Shown here in pieces: positions 9,271 to 18,782 of a DNA stretch of 64,000 nt (the first letter of the stretch is position 1; the number at the start of each line of letters is the position of its first letter). Source of the DNA: Streptosporangiaceae bacterium (GTDB lineage Bacteria; Actinomycetota; Actinomycetes; Streptosporangiales; Streptosporangiaceae). The notes under the pieces are model-generated. The model searched no databases, was not told the DNA's origin, and saw nothing but the letters and a program-made list of their open reading frames with translations. A program made the translations under genes and the position numbers. The stretch covers positions 10,802-74,801 of the forward strand of contig DASQIW010000148.1 in NCBI GenBank assembly GCA_035631375.1, given 5' to 3'.

Positions 9271-9516
9271 CTAGCGGTGTGCGGCGGCGCGGCTGCGGGC
9301 CCTGGCTGTTGGCTCGTGCACCAGCACGCCGGACGACCGGAACAGGAACTCGGCGTAAGTCTCAGGCGCCCTGTCCGAGTCGAGCAGGTATCGATCGGGC
9401 GTTGTGGCGAGTTCCGTCATCCTGCGCGTTGCGTAATTGCACTCCGCGACAGCGGCCGAGACCGTCCGGGCCAGCCGCAGGACTGTATCCGACCAAAGGG
9501 TCGCTGTGTGGTTCAT
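9271..9516 (-). CDS. Hypothetical small protein
   Basis: 81 codons from ATG 9516 (MNHTATLWSDTVLRLARTV...). Coding-like codon bias. No family recognised. Confidence 0.5.
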   Translation of the reverse strand: MNHTATLWSDTVLRLARTVSAAVAECNYATRRMTELATTPDRYLLDSDRAPETYAEFLFRSSGVLVHEPTARARSRAAAHR

Positions 9517-9609
9517 GTCACCAGCCTCGCCGGTCACCCGCCACGGTGACAGTGGCAGCAACGCCATACTCCGTGGATATCCTGCCAACCCCTGTGGCAT
9601 GATGGAGGA

Positions 9610-10635
9610 ATGATCAGCAACGTGGCGGCGATCGTTAACGACGGCTTCGGAGCCTTCGAGCTCGGCGTGGTATGCGAGGTATTCGGCGTCGACCGGACCG
9701 ACGATGGCCTGCCCCGCTATGACTTCGCGGTCGTGGCCGGCGAGCCCGGACCTCTGCGCTCATCCGCCGGATTCAGCATCGATCCCGCCGACGGCCTGGA
9801 CCGGCTGGAGTCCGCTCACCTCATAGCGGTGCTGCCTGCCAGTGACGACCGTTGCTACGGTGCCGGCTGGCCGCAGCCGATGCTGGTGGCCCTGCGCCGG
9901 GCCGTCGACCGCGGCGCGCAGGTGCTGAGCGTCTGCACCGGCGCTTTCGCGCTCGGCGCTGCCGGTCTGCTCGACGGCCGCACCTGCACGACCCACTGGC
10001 GCCATGCCGCACAGCTCGCGCGGATGTACCCGGCAGCCAAGGTCGATCCGTCCGTGCTCTACGTGGACGACGAGCCGGTGATCACGAGTGCCGGAACCGC
10101 CTCAGGCATCGACGCCTGCCTGTACCTGGTGCGCAAGGAGCAGGGCAGCCGGGTCGCCAACGCGATTGCCCGGCGGATGGTCGTGCCGCCACACCGAGAT
10201 GGCGGTCAGGCTCAGTACGTCGATATGCCAGTCGGCGAAGCGCACTGCGACACGCTCGGTGAAGTCATCGAGTGGATGCAGCGCAACCTAAACGAACTCG
10301 TGACGGTGGACGAGCTGGCCCGCCTGGCGGCCATGTCGCCGCGCACCTTTGCCCGCCGCTTCGTGCAGGAGACCGGCACCACACCGCAGCGATGGCTGAC
10401 GGGCCAGCGCATCTTGCTCGCACAGCAGCTTCTCGAGGACACCGACGAGACGATCGACCTCATAGCGGAGCGGGCCGGCTTTCCGAACGCGGCCACTTTC
10501 CGGCATCACTTCCGGGGATGGCGCGGTACGACCCCGCACGCCTACCGGCGGGCCTTCCGGCAGACGCTGCCGCGCGCGTCGGTGTCGCAGGCGGCCGGGC
10601 CCGGTGACGCGCCCGGCAGCCCGGGTCTGCGCTAA
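9610..10635 (+). CDS. GlxA-type transcriptional regulator (DJ-1/PfpI domain + AraC HTH)
   Basis: N-terminal DJ-1-like ...VLSVCTGAFALGAAGLLDGRTCTTHW... and C-terminal AraC HTH ...AERAGFPNAATFRHHFRGWRGTTPHAYRR. Confidence 0.9.
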   Translation: MISNVAAIVNDGFGAFELGVVCEVFGVDRTDDGLPRYDFAVVAGEPGPLRSSAGFSIDPADGLDRLESAHLIAVLPASDDRCYGAGWPQPMLVALRRAVDRGAQVLSVCTGAFALGAAGLLDGRTCTTHWRHAAQLARMYPAAKVDPSVLYVDDEPVITSAGTASGIDACLYLVRKEQGSRVANAIARRMVVPPHRDGGQAQYVDMPVGEAHCDTLGEVIEWMQRNLNELVTVDELARLAAMSPRTFARRFVQETGTTPQRWLTGQRILLAQQLLEDTDETIDLIAERAGFPNAATFRHHFRGWRGTTPHAYRRAFRQTLPRASVSQAAGPGDAPGSPGLR

Positions 10636-11348
10636 CGGCGGCGATAGACGAAGAACAGCCGGTCGGAGCTGTCAGTGACCGGGCTCCCGTCGAGGCTCTC
10701 TTCCTCCATCAGCTCGAACCGCCCGGCGAGCGCTGCGCGGATCTGGGCGACGGGCAGGCCGAGTTCGTAGATCGGCTCGTCATGCAGCCGGTAGATGTCG
10801 TCCTTCTGGTGCTCGAAGATCCGGGTTTCCCAGAGCACCAGCCCGTCGCGAGCCGACCTAACCGTCATGACCACGACGTTGCCGTCGAATTCGTCCAGGT
10901 AAGGCGGTGCGCCCGCCAGCCGCTGGAGCCGGCCCGAGGTGTTCACGTCAAAGATGAACAAGCCGCCGTCGGACAGGTGCTCATGCGCGCACCGGAAGAG
11001 GCTGTTCCACCCGTCCACTGTGGTCACGTGATTCAGCGTGTCGAACATGCACATCACGACGTCGAACCGGGCGGGCAGCGCGAACGCCGTGATGTCGGCC
11101 TGCACGAGCCTGGCGGCGGGAACGGTGCGCGCTGCTACCGACAGCATCTCCGGGGAGCGATCGATCCCGGTCACCGATAGGTCTGCCGCCAGCCCGGCCA
11201 GCAGAGCGCCGGTGCCGCAGCCGAGTTCCAGCAGCGACTGCGCGCCCGGATGGTGCTTACTGATGTATGTCCGGATCCGGTCGACCTCAGCTGTCCGGTC
11301 ACCCATGACCCGGTCATAGAACGGCGCGAAGCGGTCGTAATCAGCCAC
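10632..11348 (-). CDS. Class I SAM-dependent methyltransferase
   Basis: Motif I LLELGCGTGALLAGL; FAPFYDRVM N-terminus typical of the Methyltransf_25/11 group. Confidence 0.85.
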   Translation of the reverse strand: MADYDRFAPFYDRVMGDRTAEVDRIRTYISKHHPGAQSLLELGCGTGALLAGLAADLSVTGIDRSPEMLSVAARTVPAARLVQADITAFALPARFDVVMCMFDTLNHVTTVDGWNSLFRCAHEHLSDGGLFIFDVNTSGRLQRLAGAPPYLDEFDGNVVVMTVRSARDGLVLWETRIFEHQKDDIYRLHDEPIYELGLPVAQIRAALAGRFELMEEESLDGSPVTDSSDRLFFVYRRR

Positions 11349-11393
11349 GGCCCCATCGTGCCGTATCCGCCGAGCGGGAATGACCGGGCGGGC

Positions 11394-12551
11394 CTAGCCG
11401 GCCGGCGGGACGGCTGCGAGGGCCTTGTTGATGTCGGTGATGAGGTCGGCGGCTGGCTCGAGACCGACCGACAGCCGGATGAGTGACGAAGACGCCGTCT
11501 CGCCCGCCCACCGGCCGCGGCGTTCCCAGCTGGAGTCGACTCCTCCGAAGCTGGTCGCCGGGACGATCAGGCGGGCGGCCGCAACCACGGCGTCCGCAGC
11601 ACCTGGCGGGCCGGCGACCTCGAACGACAGCAGGGGCCCGAAGCCGAGCGGCATTTGGGCGCGGGCGAGCGCGAGCGTCGCCGCGTGCACGCCTGGATAG
11701 TGAACGGCCGTCACCTTCGGGTGCGCGGCCAGATGCTCGGCGACGGCCTGGGCGCTGGCTGACTGGCGCTCGATTCGCAGCGGCAGCGTCGTCAGCCCGC
11801 GCACTGCCAGCCACGCTTCCATCGGTCCGAGGATGCCGCCACCGAGCGTGCGCCAGAGCCGCAGCTCGGCGGCGAGCTCCGCGTCGCGGGTCATGACCGC
11901 GCCCGCGATGACATCGGAGTGACCGGAGGCGGATTTGGTCAGTGAGCACAGCGAGGCGACCGCACCCATGTCCAGCGGCCGCTGCAGCAGGCCGGTGGCG
12001 ACCGTGTTGTCCACCACCATCGGAGCTCCGGCCGCAGCGGCGAGCTGACCGAGCCTGGTCAGGTCGGCCACTCGCAGCAGCGGATTGGTGGGCGACTCAG
12101 CCCACAGGACTGCTGCGCCGCCCGACCTGAGCTCGTGCTCGATTCCTGGCAGGTCGGACTGGTCGACGAACACCGGCGCGGCGCCGTGCGGGCGTAGCCG
12201 CTCGGCCAGCACTCTTGCGTTGTAGTAACCGTCGCTGGGCAGCAGCAGCTTGTCCCGGCCGCTCGTCAGCGAGAGCATCAACGCCATCGATGCAGCCTGT
12301 CCGGAGCTGAACACAACGGCCGTCGCGCCCTCGAGCGACCCGAGCGCTTCCTCCAGCGCCGCCCAGGTCGGGTTTCCAGCCCGGGCGTAGTCTGCTGCGC
12401 CCGGCTCGCCCGCCGAGCCGAGGATCGTCGACAGCACCGGCGGCTGCACCACCGCCTCGCCGAGGCCGCGCCGCCTGCCCGCGTGGACCAGCGTGGCCTC
12501 GGCTGACGGGCTGGCGCCCTCGGCGGCCCGCGGCCCGTGGTGGTCGGTCAC
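11394..12551 (-). CDS. PLP-dependent trans-sulfuration enzyme (cystathionine gamma-lyase/synthase family)
   Basis: PLP-lysine context SLTKSASGHSDVIAGAV; ...YARAGNPTWAALEEAL.... Confidence 0.9.
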   Translation of the reverse strand: MTDHHGPRAAEGASPSAEATLVHAGRRRGLGEAVVQPPVLSTILGSAGEPGAADYARAGNPTWAALEEALGSLEGATAVVFSSGQAASMALMLSLTSGRDKLLLPSDGYYNARVLAERLRPHGAAPVFVDQSDLPGIEHELRSGGAAVLWAESPTNPLLRVADLTRLGQLAAAAGAPMVVDNTVATGLLQRPLDMGAVASLCSLTKSASGHSDVIAGAVMTRDAELAAELRLWRTLGGGILGPMEAWLAVRGLTTLPLRIERQSASAQAVAEHLAAHPKVTAVHYPGVHAATLALARAQMPLGFGPLLSFEVAGPPGAADAVVAAARLIVPATSFGGVDSSWERRGRWAGETASSSLIRLSVGLEPAADLITDINKALAAVPPAG

Positions 12552-13216
12552 AACTTCGCCTCTCCGGTGCCGTGAGCCGGGTCAAAGCCCGTCGCGAGAG
12601 CCCGCAGTGCCTGGTCCAGGTAGCTGGTCAGGTGAGCGTCAGCGCGGTCGATCCAGCGGTCATAGGCCGCCCGGCACACCGCGAGCGTAGCCCGCCCGAT
12701 GGCCAGCGGTTGCAGCGAGTCAGCTGGCTGGTCAAGCCTCGAGGCGGCAAAGTCGCTGACAGCTCGCTCCCAGGCGTCGTAGTGGTGGGCCGCGCTCGCC
12801 TGCAAGGCCGGCACCGAGCTGATGAGGCTCATCCGCGCGCGCAGCTCCGGGATGTCTTCCGGCCGGTAGCGGTTGACGCCGACGACGACCTGGCGAATCG
12901 CGACCATCATCGGAACGGTCGGCGGCACGGCCGCGAACGCCTCCCGCAGCGCGCGGACCTCGCCGTCGAACGCGTGCCAGAGCACATCGGCCTTCGAGTC
13001 GAAGTAGCGGAAGAAGGTCCGGCGGCTCACCCCGGCGGCAGCGGCAATCCGCTCCACCGTGGTCTCCTCAAATCCATCGCGGGTAAACAGCCGGAGCGAG
13101 ATCAGCTCGAGCTCGCGGGCGCTGGTGCCCGGCGGCCGGCCGCGTCGGCCCGGGGCCCGAGCGAGGTCGGTGACCATCGGCCCGCTGCTGCGCGGCGCCC
13201 GGTCGGCTGCGTCCAC
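12548..13216 (-). CDS. mftR: TetR family regulator, mycofactocin-system regulator by position
   Basis: TetR HTH ...TVERIAAAAGVSRRTFFRYFDSKADVLW.... Divergent from mftA, as in described mft loci. GTG start at 13216; alternative ATG at 13177. Confidence 0.8.
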   Translation of the reverse strand: MDAADRAPRSSGPMVTDLARAPGRRGRPPGTSARELELISLRLFTRDGFEETTVERIAAAAGVSRRTFFRYFDSKADVLWHAFDGEVRALREAFAAVPPTVPMMVAIRQVVVGVNRYRPEDIPELRARMSLISSVPALQASAAHHYDAWERAVSDFAASRLDQPADSLQPLAIGRATLAVCRAAYDRWIDRADAHLTSYLDQALRALATGFDPAHGTGEAKL

Positions 13217-13246
13217 GGGCCGGCCCGTTCCCCTCCTGGTCTTGAT

Positions 13247-13289
13247 TGTGTGACCGCGTGACGATTACCGTACTCCTATTCGTCACACA
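13247..13289. promoter_or_regulatory. Operator-like inverted repeats in the mftR/mftA divergent region
   Basis: GTGACGA (13258-13264) and TCGTCAC (13280-13286) form a perfect 7-bp inverted repeat. The outer TGTGTGAC (13247-13254) pairs with GTCACACA (13282-13289). Confidence 0.5.
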
Positions 13290-13314
13290 GTGCCGAAACT
13301 AAGGAGCCGACGAC

Positions 13315-13461
13315 ATGCCTGACAGCGCTGCCGACCTGCTGGAGCGGCCAGAGAGCGAGATTGCCGAAACGGAGATCGCCGACGTGCAGCAGGACGAGCT
13401 GGTCGCCGCGGATCTGCTGGTCGAGGAGATTTCCATCGACGGCATGTGCGGTGTCTACTAA
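13315..13461 (+). CDS. mftA: Mycofactocin precursor peptide
   Basis: Translated by hand, not in the ORF track: MPDSAADLLERPESEIAETEIADVQQDELVAADLLVEEISIDGMCGVY*. C-terminal IDGMCGVY is the MftA hallmark. SD AAGGAG at 13301-13306, 8 nt before the ATG. Confidence 0.9.
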   Translation: MPDSAADLLERPESEIAETEIADVQQDELVAADLLVEEISIDGMCGVY

Positions 13462-13747
13462 CGGTCCCGTGACGGGCTTCGACCTCGACGCGGCCTGGCG
13501 GCTGCACCCGCAGGTGTCGGTACGGCCGGAGCGGTTCGGCGCGTTGCTGTACCACTTCGGCACCCGACGGCTCTCGTTCCTGAAGAGCCCGGCGCTGCTG
13601 ACGGTCGTGCGATCCCTGGAGTCCGAGCCGAGCGCGCGGTCCGCGTGCGTGCGGGCTGGGGTCGGCGCGTCCGACCTGCCGGCGTACACGCGGGCGCTCG
13701 CGAGGCTCGCGGACAGTCAGATGATCTGCGGAAGGACGGCCGCATGA
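13451..13747 (+). CDS. mftB: Mycofactocin biosynthesis chaperone (RRE peptide-binding protein)
   Basis: ...WRLHPQVSVRPERFGALLYHFGTRRLSFLKSP... matches the MftB pattern. GTG start overlaps the mftA 3' end; stop overlaps the mftC ATG (ATGA). Confidence 0.85.
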   Translation: MSTNGPVTGFDLDAAWRLHPQVSVRPERFGALLYHFGTRRLSFLKSPALLTVVRSLESEPSARSACVRAGVGASDLPAYTRALARLADSQMICGRTAA

Positions 13748-15084
13748 CGATCCTGAGCGGGGGGTTTCGGGGGGTCGCCCCCCCGGATAGCAGCAACGGC
13801 GGGACTCGCGGGGTCGGCTCCCTGATCGAAGAGTTCCGGTACGGGCTGGACGCACCAATCTGCCTGACCTGGGAGCTGACCTACGCCTGCAACCTGTCCT
13901 GCGTGCACTGCCTGTCCAGCTCGGGCCGGCGTGACCCGCGTGAGCTGACCACCGCTGAGTGCCGGCGCGTCATCGACGAACTTGAGCGGATGCAGGTGTT
14001 CTACGTCAACATCGGTGGCGGCGAGCCGACGGTCCGGCCGGACTTCTGGGAGCTGGTGGACTACGCAACAGCCCACCACGTCGGCGTCAAGTTCTCCACC
14101 AACGGCGTGAAGATTACGCCGGAGATCGCCAGGCGGCTGGCCGGCAGCGACTACATCGACGTTCAGATATCCCTGGACGGCGCGACCGCGGACGTCAATG
14201 ACGCGGTCCGTGGCGCAGGCTCGTTCGAGGTGGCGATGCGGGCGATGCGCAACCTGGCCGCGGCCGGGTTTGCTGGCTTCAAGATCTCGGTGGTCATGAC
14301 GCGGCAGAATGCGGGCCAGCTGGATGCGTTCAAGGCCCTCGCCGATTCGCTGGGCGCGCAGCTGCGGATTACCCGGCTGCGGCCGTCGGGGCGTGGCGCG
14401 GACGTCTGGGATTCGCTGCACCCGACCGCCGCGCAGCAGCGCGAGCTCTACGACTGGCTGGTCGCGCACGGCGAGAACGTGCTGACTGGCGACTCGTTCT
14501 TCCATCTGGCGGGGTACGGGCAGGGTCTGCCCGGGCTCAACATGTGCGGGGCGGGCCGGGTGGTGTGCCTGATCGACCCGGTCGGCGACGTGTTCGCCTG
14601 CCCGTTCGCGATCCATGACGCGTTCCTGGCCGGGAACGTCCGGTCACCGGGCGGCTTTGCGGCCGTGTGGCGTGAGTCGCCGCTCTTCGCCGAGCTACGG
14701 CGGCCGCAATCTGGCGGTGCGTGCGCCTCGTGCGGCGCGTTCGACGCGTGCCAGGGCGGCTGCATGGCGGCGAAGTTCTTCACCGGGCTGCCGCTGGATG
14801 GCCCCGATCCGGAGTGCGTGCGCGGATTCGGCCAGGAGGCGCTGGCTGTGGTCGATGCGGCTGCGGCCCCGCGGCCGTCCGGCGACCACTCGCACCGGAC
14901 GGCCAGCCCTCACAGAACGGACCGCTCTCGGCGCGCGAGCGGGCCGGTGCCGGTGTCGATCGGACCGCGTCCAGCGGACGCGCTGGTGCCGGGCCTTGCC
15001 GGGGCACTCGGCCGGCGGACCGCCCCCGCGCACGCCTGCGACGAGAATCCGCTGGCAGGCTTCACGCCCAACGCCGTGGGATAG
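13744..15084 (+). CDS. mftC: Mycofactocin radical SAM maturase (SPASM domain)
   Basis: ...LDAPICLTWELTYACNLSCVHCLSSSG... (CxxxCxxC) plus C-terminal Cys-rich SPASM region. Start set at ATG 13744 inside track ORF 13645..15084. Confidence 0.93.
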   Translation: MTILSGGFRGVAPPDSSNGGTRGVGSLIEEFRYGLDAPICLTWELTYACNLSCVHCLSSSGRRDPRELTTAECRRVIDELERMQVFYVNIGGGEPTVRPDFWELVDYATAHHVGVKFSTNGVKITPEIARRLAGSDYIDVQISLDGATADVNDAVRGAGSFEVAMRAMRNLAAAGFAGFKISVVMTRQNAGQLDAFKALADSLGAQLRITRLRPSGRGADVWDSLHPTAAQQRELYDWLVAHGENVLTGDSFFHLAGYGQGLPGLNMCGAGRVVCLIDPVGDVFACPFAIHDAFLAGNVRSPGGFAAVWRESPLFAELRRPQSGGACASCGAFDACQGGCMAAKFFTGLPLDGPDPECVRGFGQEALAVVDAAAAPRPSGDHSHRTASPHRTDRSRRASGPVPVSIGPRPADALVPGLAGALGRRTAPAHACDENPLAGFTPNAVG

Positions 15085-15191
15085 CCGATGGGCCACATTG
15101 GGCAGTTCGGTGCCCCACTATGGGCCGCAAGGGTCCCACCACGCCCGCGCTTCGGTCGTGAGGCGGGTGCTGCCCGCCCGATCCGGTTGCC

Positions 15192-16019
15192 ATGAGCCAG
15201 GTCAGCGGGGCCAGCCAGACCGGCCGGGTAGCCCTGATCACCGGTGCGGGCCGCGGGATCGGTGCGGCAACAGTCCATGCGCTCGCCGCCGGCGGCTGGC
15301 GAGTCCTCGCCGTGGACCGTGCGGCCGATGACCCGGCGCTGCCCTACGGGCTGGCGAGCGAGGCCGAGCTGGCCGCGGTCGTGGCCGACGCCGGGACCGT
15401 GGCCGGCACAGCAGGCCAGGTGGCGGGGTTCGTCGCCGACGTACGGGACGCGGGCGCGCTGGCGTCGGCGGTGGCCGACGCCGAGACGCGCTGGGGCGGC
15501 CTCGACGCGGCGATCGCGTGCGCCGGCGTCATCGCGGGCGGCCTGCGGCAGTGGGACGTGCCGCTGGACCAGGAACAGGCCGTGCTGGACATCGATCTCG
15601 GCGGAGTCCTCAACCTCGCGAGGGCCGCGGTGCCCGCGCTGCTGCGTCGTCCCGCGCCGCGGAGCGGACGGTTCCTCGCGGTCGCGTCCGCCGCCGCGAC
15701 CCGCGGCCTGCCGATGCTGGCCGCATACTGCGCGGCCAAGTCAGGCGTCGCAGGCCTGATCCGCGCGCTCGGGGCAGAACTCGGTGACACGGGCGTGACC
15801 GCGAACGCGGTCAGCCCCGGCTCGACCGCCACTCCGATCCTGGATGAGAGCGCGCGGCTGTACGGCCTGACCAGCGCGGCGGATTTCGCCCGCAGCCAGC
15901 CGATGGGCCGGCTCGTCGAGCCGGCCGAGGTCGCGGCCGTGCTCGCATTTCTCGCCGGTCCAGGCAGCAGCGCCATGACCGGCGCCGTGGTGGCGGCGGA
16001 CGGCGGACTGGCGCTGTGA
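15192..16019 (+). CDS. Mycofactocin-coupled SDR family oxidoreductase
   Basis: Rossmann TGAGRGIGAA followed by the long insert ...VDRAADDPALPYGLASEAEL... characteristic of the mft-associated SDR subfamily. Embedded in the mft operon. Confidence 0.85.
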   Translation: MSQVSGASQTGRVALITGAGRGIGAATVHALAAGGWRVLAVDRAADDPALPYGLASEAELAAVVADAGTVAGTAGQVAGFVADVRDAGALASAVADAETRWGGLDAAIACAGVIAGGLRQWDVPLDQEQAVLDIDLGGVLNLARAAVPALLRRPAPRSGRFLAVASAAATRGLPMLAAYCAAKSGVAGLIRALGAELGDTGVTANAVSPGSTATPILDESARLYGLTSAADFARSQPMGRLVEPAEVAAVLAFLAGPGSSAMTGAVVAADGGLAL

Positions 16020-17605
16020 GCGAGACGCACGCCGCGGCGGCGTCAGCGGGCAATCCACGAGCGGATGCTTCCCAAGCGCGGTGCGGACCGGCGGGCCGGG
16101 CGCCATCGGCGGCGGAGACGCCGCTGCCGGCGGGCTTTGGCGTCGAGCTGGACCCGGACACCAAGAAGCTCAGTGACGGCAGCCTGTTCGGCGGATCGCC
16201 GGCGAGAGTGCTGCGCCTGACGCCGGCCGGGCACCGCGCGCTGGCGGAACTCCGGACCGGATCGGTGCGTTCGGCCAGGACGGGCGTGCTCGCCCGAAGA
16301 CTTACCGACGCCGGCCTGGCGCACCCAATCCCACCCGCGTACCTTCGGGCCGCTGATCGTGCTGCGCTGTCCGTGACCGTGATCATCCCGGTCAGGGACC
16401 GCACGGCGATGCTCGATCGCTGTCTGACCGCGCTCGGTGGCGAGTACCCTGTCGTGGTCGTCGACGACGGCTCAGCCGATCCGCGGGGGGTCGCCGCCGT
16501 GGCCGCGCGCCACCGGGCGACGCTGCGCCGGCGAGACATCAGCGGTGGCCCGGCTGCAGCGCGCAACACCGGCCTGGCCACGGTCAGCACCGAGCTGGTG
16601 GCGTTTCTCGACAGCGACTGCGTGCCGCCGCCCGGCTGGATCGAGGCCCTTTCCACGCACCTGGCTGACCCGCTCGTCGCTGCCGCGGCGCCGCGCGTGG
16701 TCACCCCCAGCCCGCCCGGCTCGGCTGGGCCGGCTGGCCAGCCGAGTGCCGCAGCCCGGTACGCGGTCGCGTGCGGCAGTCTCGACCTGGGCAGCCGCCC
16801 GGCCAGGGTTGCCCCAGGCACGAGGGTCTCCTACGTGCCCACCGCCGCGCTGCTGGTCCGTCGGGTCGCGCTCGACGGCGGGACGGCGGCCCGCGACGTA
16901 TTTGATCCCGCCCTGCGTTATGGAGAGGACGTAGACCTAGTCTGGCGCCTGCACGAGGCCGGCTGGCGGATCCGGTACGAGCCTGCGGTGCAGGTTCCGC
17001 ACGAAGGCCCGTCCGGCTGGCCGGGTCTGCTGGCCAAGCGGTTCCGCTATGGCACCTCGGCGGCCCCGCTCGCTCGCCGCCACCCAGCGAACATGGCGCC
17101 GCTCGTATTGCAGCCGTGGCCCGCCGCCGCGACGGCCGCGCTGCTTGCCCGCAGACCGCTGCTCGCTCTGGCCGCGGCCGGCGGCGGCTGGATGAACCTC
17201 ACCGCGCTGGTGCGCCGGGCCGGGGTGCCGGCCGACGGCACGGCCGCCGCCACCGTCACCGCGGTCACCCAGACGTGGCTCGGCGCCGGCCGGTACGCCA
17301 CCCAGTTCGCAGCGCCCCTGCTCTGCGCGGTGCTCGCGGCGCCCGGCGGCCGGACCGCCGCTCAGCGCTGGGGGCGCCGTGCCGCTGCGGCGTCCCTGCT
17401 CGCTGGACCAGCTCTCAACGCCTACCGGCAGCACAAGCCCGACCTGGACCCGGTCCGGTTCACGTTCGCGCACATCGCCGACGACGTGTGCTACGGCGCA
17501 GGCGTCTGGGCAGGCTGTGCGCGCGAGGGGATCCTGCTGCCGGTCCGGCCGGTAATCTCCTGGCGGCCGCTCGGCGTCAGCCGGCCGCCATCAGAAAAGG
17601 AGTGA
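16016..17605 (+). CDS. mftF: Mycofactocin glycosyltransferase (GT2 family)
   Basis: ...FGGSPARVLRLTPAG... N-domain, then GT2 core VTVIIPVRDR...VVVVDDGSADP and a multi-TM C-terminal half. GTGA overlap with the SDR stop. Confidence 0.85.
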   Translation: MSETHAAAASAGNPRADASQARCGPAGRAPSAAETPLPAGFGVELDPDTKKLSDGSLFGGSPARVLRLTPAGHRALAELRTGSVRSARTGVLARRLTDAGLAHPIPPAYLRAADRAALSVTVIIPVRDRTAMLDRCLTALGGEYPVVVVDDGSADPRGVAAVAARHRATLRRRDISGGPAAARNTGLATVSTELVAFLDSDCVPPPGWIEALSTHLADPLVAAAAPRVVTPSPPGSAGPAGQPSAAARYAVACGSLDLGSRPARVAPGTRVSYVPTAALLVRRVALDGGTAARDVFDPALRYGEDVDLVWRLHEAGWRIRYEPAVQVPHEGPSGWPGLLAKRFRYGTSAAPLARRHPANMAPLVLQPWPAAATAALLARRPLLALAAAGGGWMNLTALVRRAGVPADGTAAATVTAVTQTWLGAGRYATQFAAPLLCAVLAAPGGRTAAQRWGRRAAAASLLAGPALNAYRQHKPDLDPVRFTFAHIADDVCYGAGVWAGCAREGILLPVRPVISWRPLGVSRPPSEKE

Positions 17606-17609
17606 CCGC

Positions 17610-18782
17610 ATGGCGAGTTCCTGGTTCGAGTCCGTGGCCGTTGCGCAGCGCCGCGCCCGCAAGCGGCTCCCCGCATCGGTCTACGGCGCGCTCATGGCCG
17701 GGGCTGAGCGGGGTCAGACTCGCGAGGACAACGTGGCGGCGTTTGCCGAGCTCGGCTTCGCGCCGCACGTGGCCGGCAATCCGGCGCAGCGGGACCTGGC
17801 GACGACCGTACTCGGCCAGCCGATCTCGATGCCCGTGATCATCTCCCCGACGGGCGTGCAGGCCGTGCATCCGGACGGCGAGGTCGCCGTCGCGAGGGCC
17901 GCGGCCGCGCGAGGCACCGCCATGGGGCTGAGCTCATTCGCGAGCAAGCCGATCGAGGACGTGGTCGCCGCGAACCCGCAGACGCTCTTCCAGATCTACT
18001 GGTGCGGCAGCCGCGACGACATCCTCGCCAGGATCGAGCGCGCACGCAACGCCGGCGCGGTGGGGATCATCCTCACTACCGACTGGACGTTCACCCACTC
18101 CCGGGACTGGGGCAGCCCGCAGATCCCTGATCGCACCGACCTGCGCACGATCGTGCAGCACTTGCCGGAGGCGGTCATCCGGCCGCGCTGGGTCGCCCGG
18201 TACGCCCGGACTGGCCGGCCACCGGAGCTGACCGTGCCGAATATGGCACCACCCGGCGAGCCAGCGCCGACATTCTTCGGCGCCTACGGAACCTGGATGC
18301 AGACACCGCCCCCGAGCTGGGACGACGTCGCGTGGCTGCGCGAGCAGTGGGGCGGGGTCTTCCTGCTCAAGGGTGTCTGCCGGGTCGACGATGCCAAGCG
18401 CGCGGTCGACGCGGGCGTGACCGCGATCTCGGTGTCCAACCACGGCGGTAACAACCTGGACGGCACGCCCGCCACCATCCGGGCCCTGCCCGCGATCGCC
18501 GAGACTGTTGGCAGCCAGGTGGAGGTTCTGCTGGACGGTGGAGTCCGGCGAGGCAGCGATGTCGTCAAGGCGCTGGCGCTCGGCGCCCGCGCGGTCCTGA
18601 TCGGCCGGGCTTACCTGTGGGGCCTGGCGGCCAACGGTCAGGCGGGGGTGGAGAACGTCCTCGATATCTTCCGGAACGGGATCGACTCGGCGCTGCTCGG
18701 GCTTGGCCGGTCCTCCGTGCACGACCTGAGCAACGACGACATCGTCATCCCGCCCGGCTTTCTGCGTTCTCTCGGCGGCTAA
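17610..18782 (+). CDS. mftD: Pre-mycofactocin synthase (FMN-dependent alpha-hydroxy-acid oxidase fold)
   Basis: LldD/glycolate-oxidase-like: ...ISVSNHGGNNLDG...LLDGGVRRGSDVVKALALGA.... SD AAGGAG upstream. Confidence 0.9.
   Translation: MASSWFESVAVAQRRARKRLPASVYGALMAGAERGQTREDNVAAFAELGFAPHVAGNPAQRDLATTVLGQPISMPVIISPTGVQAVHPDGEVAVARAAAARGTAMGLSSFASKPIEDVVAANPQTLFQIYWCGSRDDILARIERARNAGAVGIILTTDWTFTHSRDWGSPQIPDRTDLRTIVQHLPEAVIRPRWVARYARTGRPPELTVPNMAPPGEPAPTFFGAYGTWMQTPPPSWDDVAWLREQWGGVFLLKGVCRVDDAKRAVDAGVTAISVSNHGGNNLDGTPATIRALPAIAETVGSQVEVLLDGGVRRGSDVVKALALGARAVLIGRAYLWGLAANGQAGVENVLDIFRNGIDSALLGLGRSSVHDLSNDDIVIPPGFLRSLGG

Noticed and set aside
15088-15195. 35-codon ORF bridging mftC and the SDR gene, ending in an ATGA overlap
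   Set aside because: Third-position GC is only about 65%, against about 90% in neighbouring genes. There is no SD and no similarity to any mft component. It is probably just spacer.
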